Translations under genes and position numbers: made by a program
From: Ginkgo biloba
Taxonomy: Eukaryota; Plantae; Ginkgophyta
Assembly: GCA_024626585.2 (NCBI GenBank)
Contig: JANKJI020000002.1
Location: 11,372,306 to 11,396,495, forward strand
Direction: 5' to 3'
Length of the DNA: 24,190 nt
In this document: in pieces, positions 20,844 through 24,190 of the stretch
Position numbering within the stretch: the stretch's first letter is position 1
Layout: every line of letters starts with the position of its first letter
Notes under the pieces: generated by a model
Told to the model about the DNA's origin: nothing
The model's database searches: none
What the model saw: only the letters and a program-made list of their open reading frames with translations

Positions 20844-22949
20844 ATTCTATTCACCGAAAATGTCTATTTCCTATGCAAATTTTAAAACTGGATTCGTGAT
20901 ATTTCTAACACATCGTGTCCCAGAAAATTACGCCCGTTAGAAGTTTGGTTTCCAGTNNNNNNNNNNNNNNNNNNNNNNNNNNNNNNNNNNNNNNNNNNNN
21001 NNNNNNNNNNNNNNNNNNNNNNNNNNNNNNNNNNNNNNNNNNNNNNNNNNNNNNNNTTCGAGTGAAACTAGAGTATAAAACTTGGTAATAACTTTTTATC
21101 TTAAGAAAGTTATTATCTTTACATTCCATTGAGTGTTTTTGGAGGATACTAGAGATAATATTAATAGATCTTTTTATGTTGAATGGAATAAACGCTATTG
21201 ACTCTTCAATTTTACAATAAGGTTGGACCATGCTTTGATGACCTCAAGGACCTATTTTATACCACTGAGAGGTATCCTTAAGAGGGTGTTCATATTATAA
21301 TCAATTTTTTTTATTTATTCCTTTCTCATTGACACTTATAACTTTACTCTATTATCAAAAATGGGTAACAAATTTTCTTATCCCTTCTCATATACTTCAA
21401 ATGTATTATTTTCATAAAAACGAAATTTTTGTATAGTGTAAATAATTTTGTAAGTAACATCTATTTTTTTTCCCTTTGTAATTTTGTAAATATCTTAGGG
21501 AGACTCCCTTTATAATAGTAGAGGGATTTTGTCTCCTATGCCTATGGAATTTTTTGTGTAACTTCTATCTTGGGAATTTTGGTAAAAGTCACTATTTCTC
21601 TTCACTACACAAAATCTAAGCAACAAACACATAATGGGGATGAGATAAATTAATAGGTGTTATTTATGCATAAACATTAATACATGAAATTAGTAGGTGG
21701 GATTTTCATATGAATAATAATGGGCATTAACAATTGACATTTATTAGTAAGTGAGATTCACAAATAAATATAATCATAATACATTAACCTTGCACCAATT
21801 TATTCTAATGGTCATATTATATAGTGTCCTACGTTTCTCTAAATTAAAGAATATCTATAAATATAGAATATGAAAAAATAATAAGTCATCAACACACATA
21901 GATTCATGACTTTTTTTTCTCCATCCAATGAACATATCCTTTCTTAATGTTATTGTATAATTCTATATCTATGTAGTTTATGTATGAGGAGTTTTACCAC
22001 TTAGTGTCTAATGTGATGATCATAGAGGCATATACACTAGAAAAATATCTAGACCATAAGAGGCCATCATTAATCTTTTCTAGTTGCATGAATTTCATTA
22101 ATATGATTATAGAGCCTTGTTGATATTAGTTTAGATGTATAGAGTGACAATTCATGAGTATATAAAATGGAAGCATTAAAATAGAAAATAGAGAATCAAA
22201 GTTGATCTATATCTATATGGNNNNNNNNNNNNNNNNNNNNNNNNNNNNNNNNNNNNNNNNNNNNNNNNNNNNNNNNNNNNNNNNNNNNNNNNNNNNNNNN
22301 NNNNNNNNNNNNNNNNNNNNAAACTCTCCATAGTTGCAGCGATGGGTTGGATTGGCAAGGAGAAGTTGCAAAGGATCTTGCTCGGGGTTTTTTTGCAACG
22401 TCAACTTGATCTAGCAACTTCTCAAGTAAAAAACCACAAGACGTCGAAGATCTCACAGGCTGTGAAAGAGCATAATAGGTCGCGGTGTCAATTAGAATCC
22501 TCCAACGGATCGGAAAGGGATTCAATGGATCGCCCACTATGCCTAAGACAAACACCCAACTGTTTTGAGCTCCCCACAAGTCTATAACCTGTGTTTAACC
22601 ATCCACAACCCTTTTGCAACTTAGCAAAATGTCCAATTAGTGAAGGAGGTTTGCAAACATCCAACAAGGACGCGCAGCTATAGTTAGGTCACCCAACTGA
22701 TGAAAGAAGTTGATAGAGTTTTAGAAAACTCAATAGAAATACCCAACAGTGGAAAGTCCTTAAAACATGAACTAAAAACTCTATAACAAACTTCTACAAT
22801 TATTTAAATTTTGATTCTTATTTTTGGTCAAGTATATATTAACCTCATATCAATGAAAATTAATGTCCCTTTTAGGTCCATAAGACTTGTGATAAAATAA
22901 TTCTCTCTACCTTTTTAAGTTTTTAAGTTCATTCAGAGTTTTTTTTTTC

Positions 22950-23461
22950 TTAAGAGAATGACATGCTCTACTTTCATTTCTTTATGATAGTCTAAAGTCC
23001 AAAATTTTAAGTTCATAAGAGAATCCTTAGCCATTCTATCAACTTCAATGCATTTCTTCTTTAGTTAAACAAAAATTATAGTGGAATGACACTTTATCAT
23101 CATTTTGGACTCGAGCCTTTTCAAAAAAAATTCAAAGGAACAATGAGCATCTGACTTCAAGAGCTAAACATTATCTAAATATCTAAACCCTGAACATAGG
23201 ATTCTTTTAATTATTGAATGGATTTGATGGTTTATATTTCCTTTATCTCTCTTTCCTCTCAAACTTTGAGTTGTTCCAAATGCCAAATTTNNNNNNNNNN
23301 CTAAACGTAAAAAAAATTCTAAGTGTCAAGGTCACTCTTGTATCTTCATCCTTTTCCTTCTTCTTTGGATACCATTGATATTTAATTTTAACTTCATCTC
23401 CAAAATGAACCTCCCCTTATTGCGTGAAAAATTTTAAGGGGTTCCCATTTATGGGTCAACA
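22950..23461. mobile_element. LTR segment ending ...atgggtcaaCA
   Basis: Canonical CAACA terminus at 23461 and homology to 14300-14832. The left boundary is approximate. Confidence 0.6.
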
Positions 23462-24190
23462 AGATAGTATTCCATGGGAAAATTTTCCCCCTTTTGGGGT
23501 GTTTAGATCCTAGAACTTATGGTTTGCACATTCAAATATTTTATCAATATAGTTGTACCAAAATTTGACACAGGTAATCCATGCTTGGTACTATTGAAAG
23601 AATTTTGGAAGAGTAACTAATGAGATAAATTCAGTGGTGTTAGAATATTCTAGAATTCTAAAATATTTATAAAGCCATAGGAATGAATAAGAAGGGAAAT
23701 ATATGGAAATAAAGGAAAAATTTATAAATAAGGAAGGCTATGTTAAGAAAGGGATTAGAAAATTCCAAGTATTCCAATGCATATTGACTAGGCTAATTGG
23801 AAGATGATATGGATGGTATGGGATTTGTTAAAAATAAATATGAAAGAGGGTTGTGTTTAGGGAATGGAATGCATACTTCCCTACTATATAATATATACCA
23901 CTATCAACTGAATATAATTTTGAGTGAAGAAATAGTCATACTTGATAAATGATGAGATTTCTAAGTAAATACTCCATTGATAATGTTCATATCCTGGATT
24001 TGAGTGATGCTAACCAATGTTTAGATTATATAAGAGAAATACATTAGATTAGTATGGAATTAACTTTCCATTACATACCAATGATAGTTAGGAAATGTGG
24101 TATGTGACTCCAACCATGATCGAGAAAATATTAAGGAAATCCCTAGGAGGGTGGCAATGATCATCTAGAGAATAAGGAGTGAACAACCTG

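Larger units (their letters stand above)
1603..22320. other. Assembly joins: ten gaps of exactly 100 N
   Basis: 1603-1702, 4780-4879, 5968-6067, 7264-7363, 8394-8493, 9759-9858, 11302-11401, 15495-15594, 20957-21056, 22221-22320. Sequence content changes abruptly across them. Other gaps have irregular, apparently estimated sizes. Confidence 0.95.

Noticed and set aside
22321-22690. Possible LINE ORF1 remnant (WQGEVAKDLARGFF...ILQRIG) or the supplied 81/127-aa ORFs
   Set aside because: Motif matches are short and not colinear enough; the GPW motif is absent and no product is recognisable.
14832-23461. Single full-length LTR element enclosing (capturing) the AHP gene
   Set aside because: The two LTR ends are strongly diverged and separated by three 100-N joins.

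Overview
AT-rich, heavily gapped plant nuclear DNA. The retroelement remnants look gymnosperm-like (inference). Ten gaps of exactly 100 N split the window into 11 short pieces of about 1-5 kb whose adjacency is unproven. Three intron-containing host genes are recognisable: (1) two 3' exons of a MOS4/SPF27/BCAS2 splicing factor that lose homology at ~360; (2) the last two exons of a bark-storage-protein / nucleoside-phosphorylase-superfamily gene (1703-2169), plus an inverted, truncated second copy of its penultimate exon (4691-4779); (3) exons 2-6 of a cytokinin-pathway histidine phosphotransfer protein (AHP/HPt, 19564-20843) with a variant HHFKGSS motif. The rest is mostly decayed transposon sequence: Ty3/gypsy gag and pol remnants, an L1 LINE ORF1 5' end, LTR fragments and tandem repeats. 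The most novel-looking item is a long (~2.3 kb) decayed non-gag/non-pol ORF next to an LTR end, with a second diverged copy elsewhere in the window. No prokaryotic-type system, RNA gene or CRISPR array was seen. Most supplied ORFs are spurious or run through N gaps.
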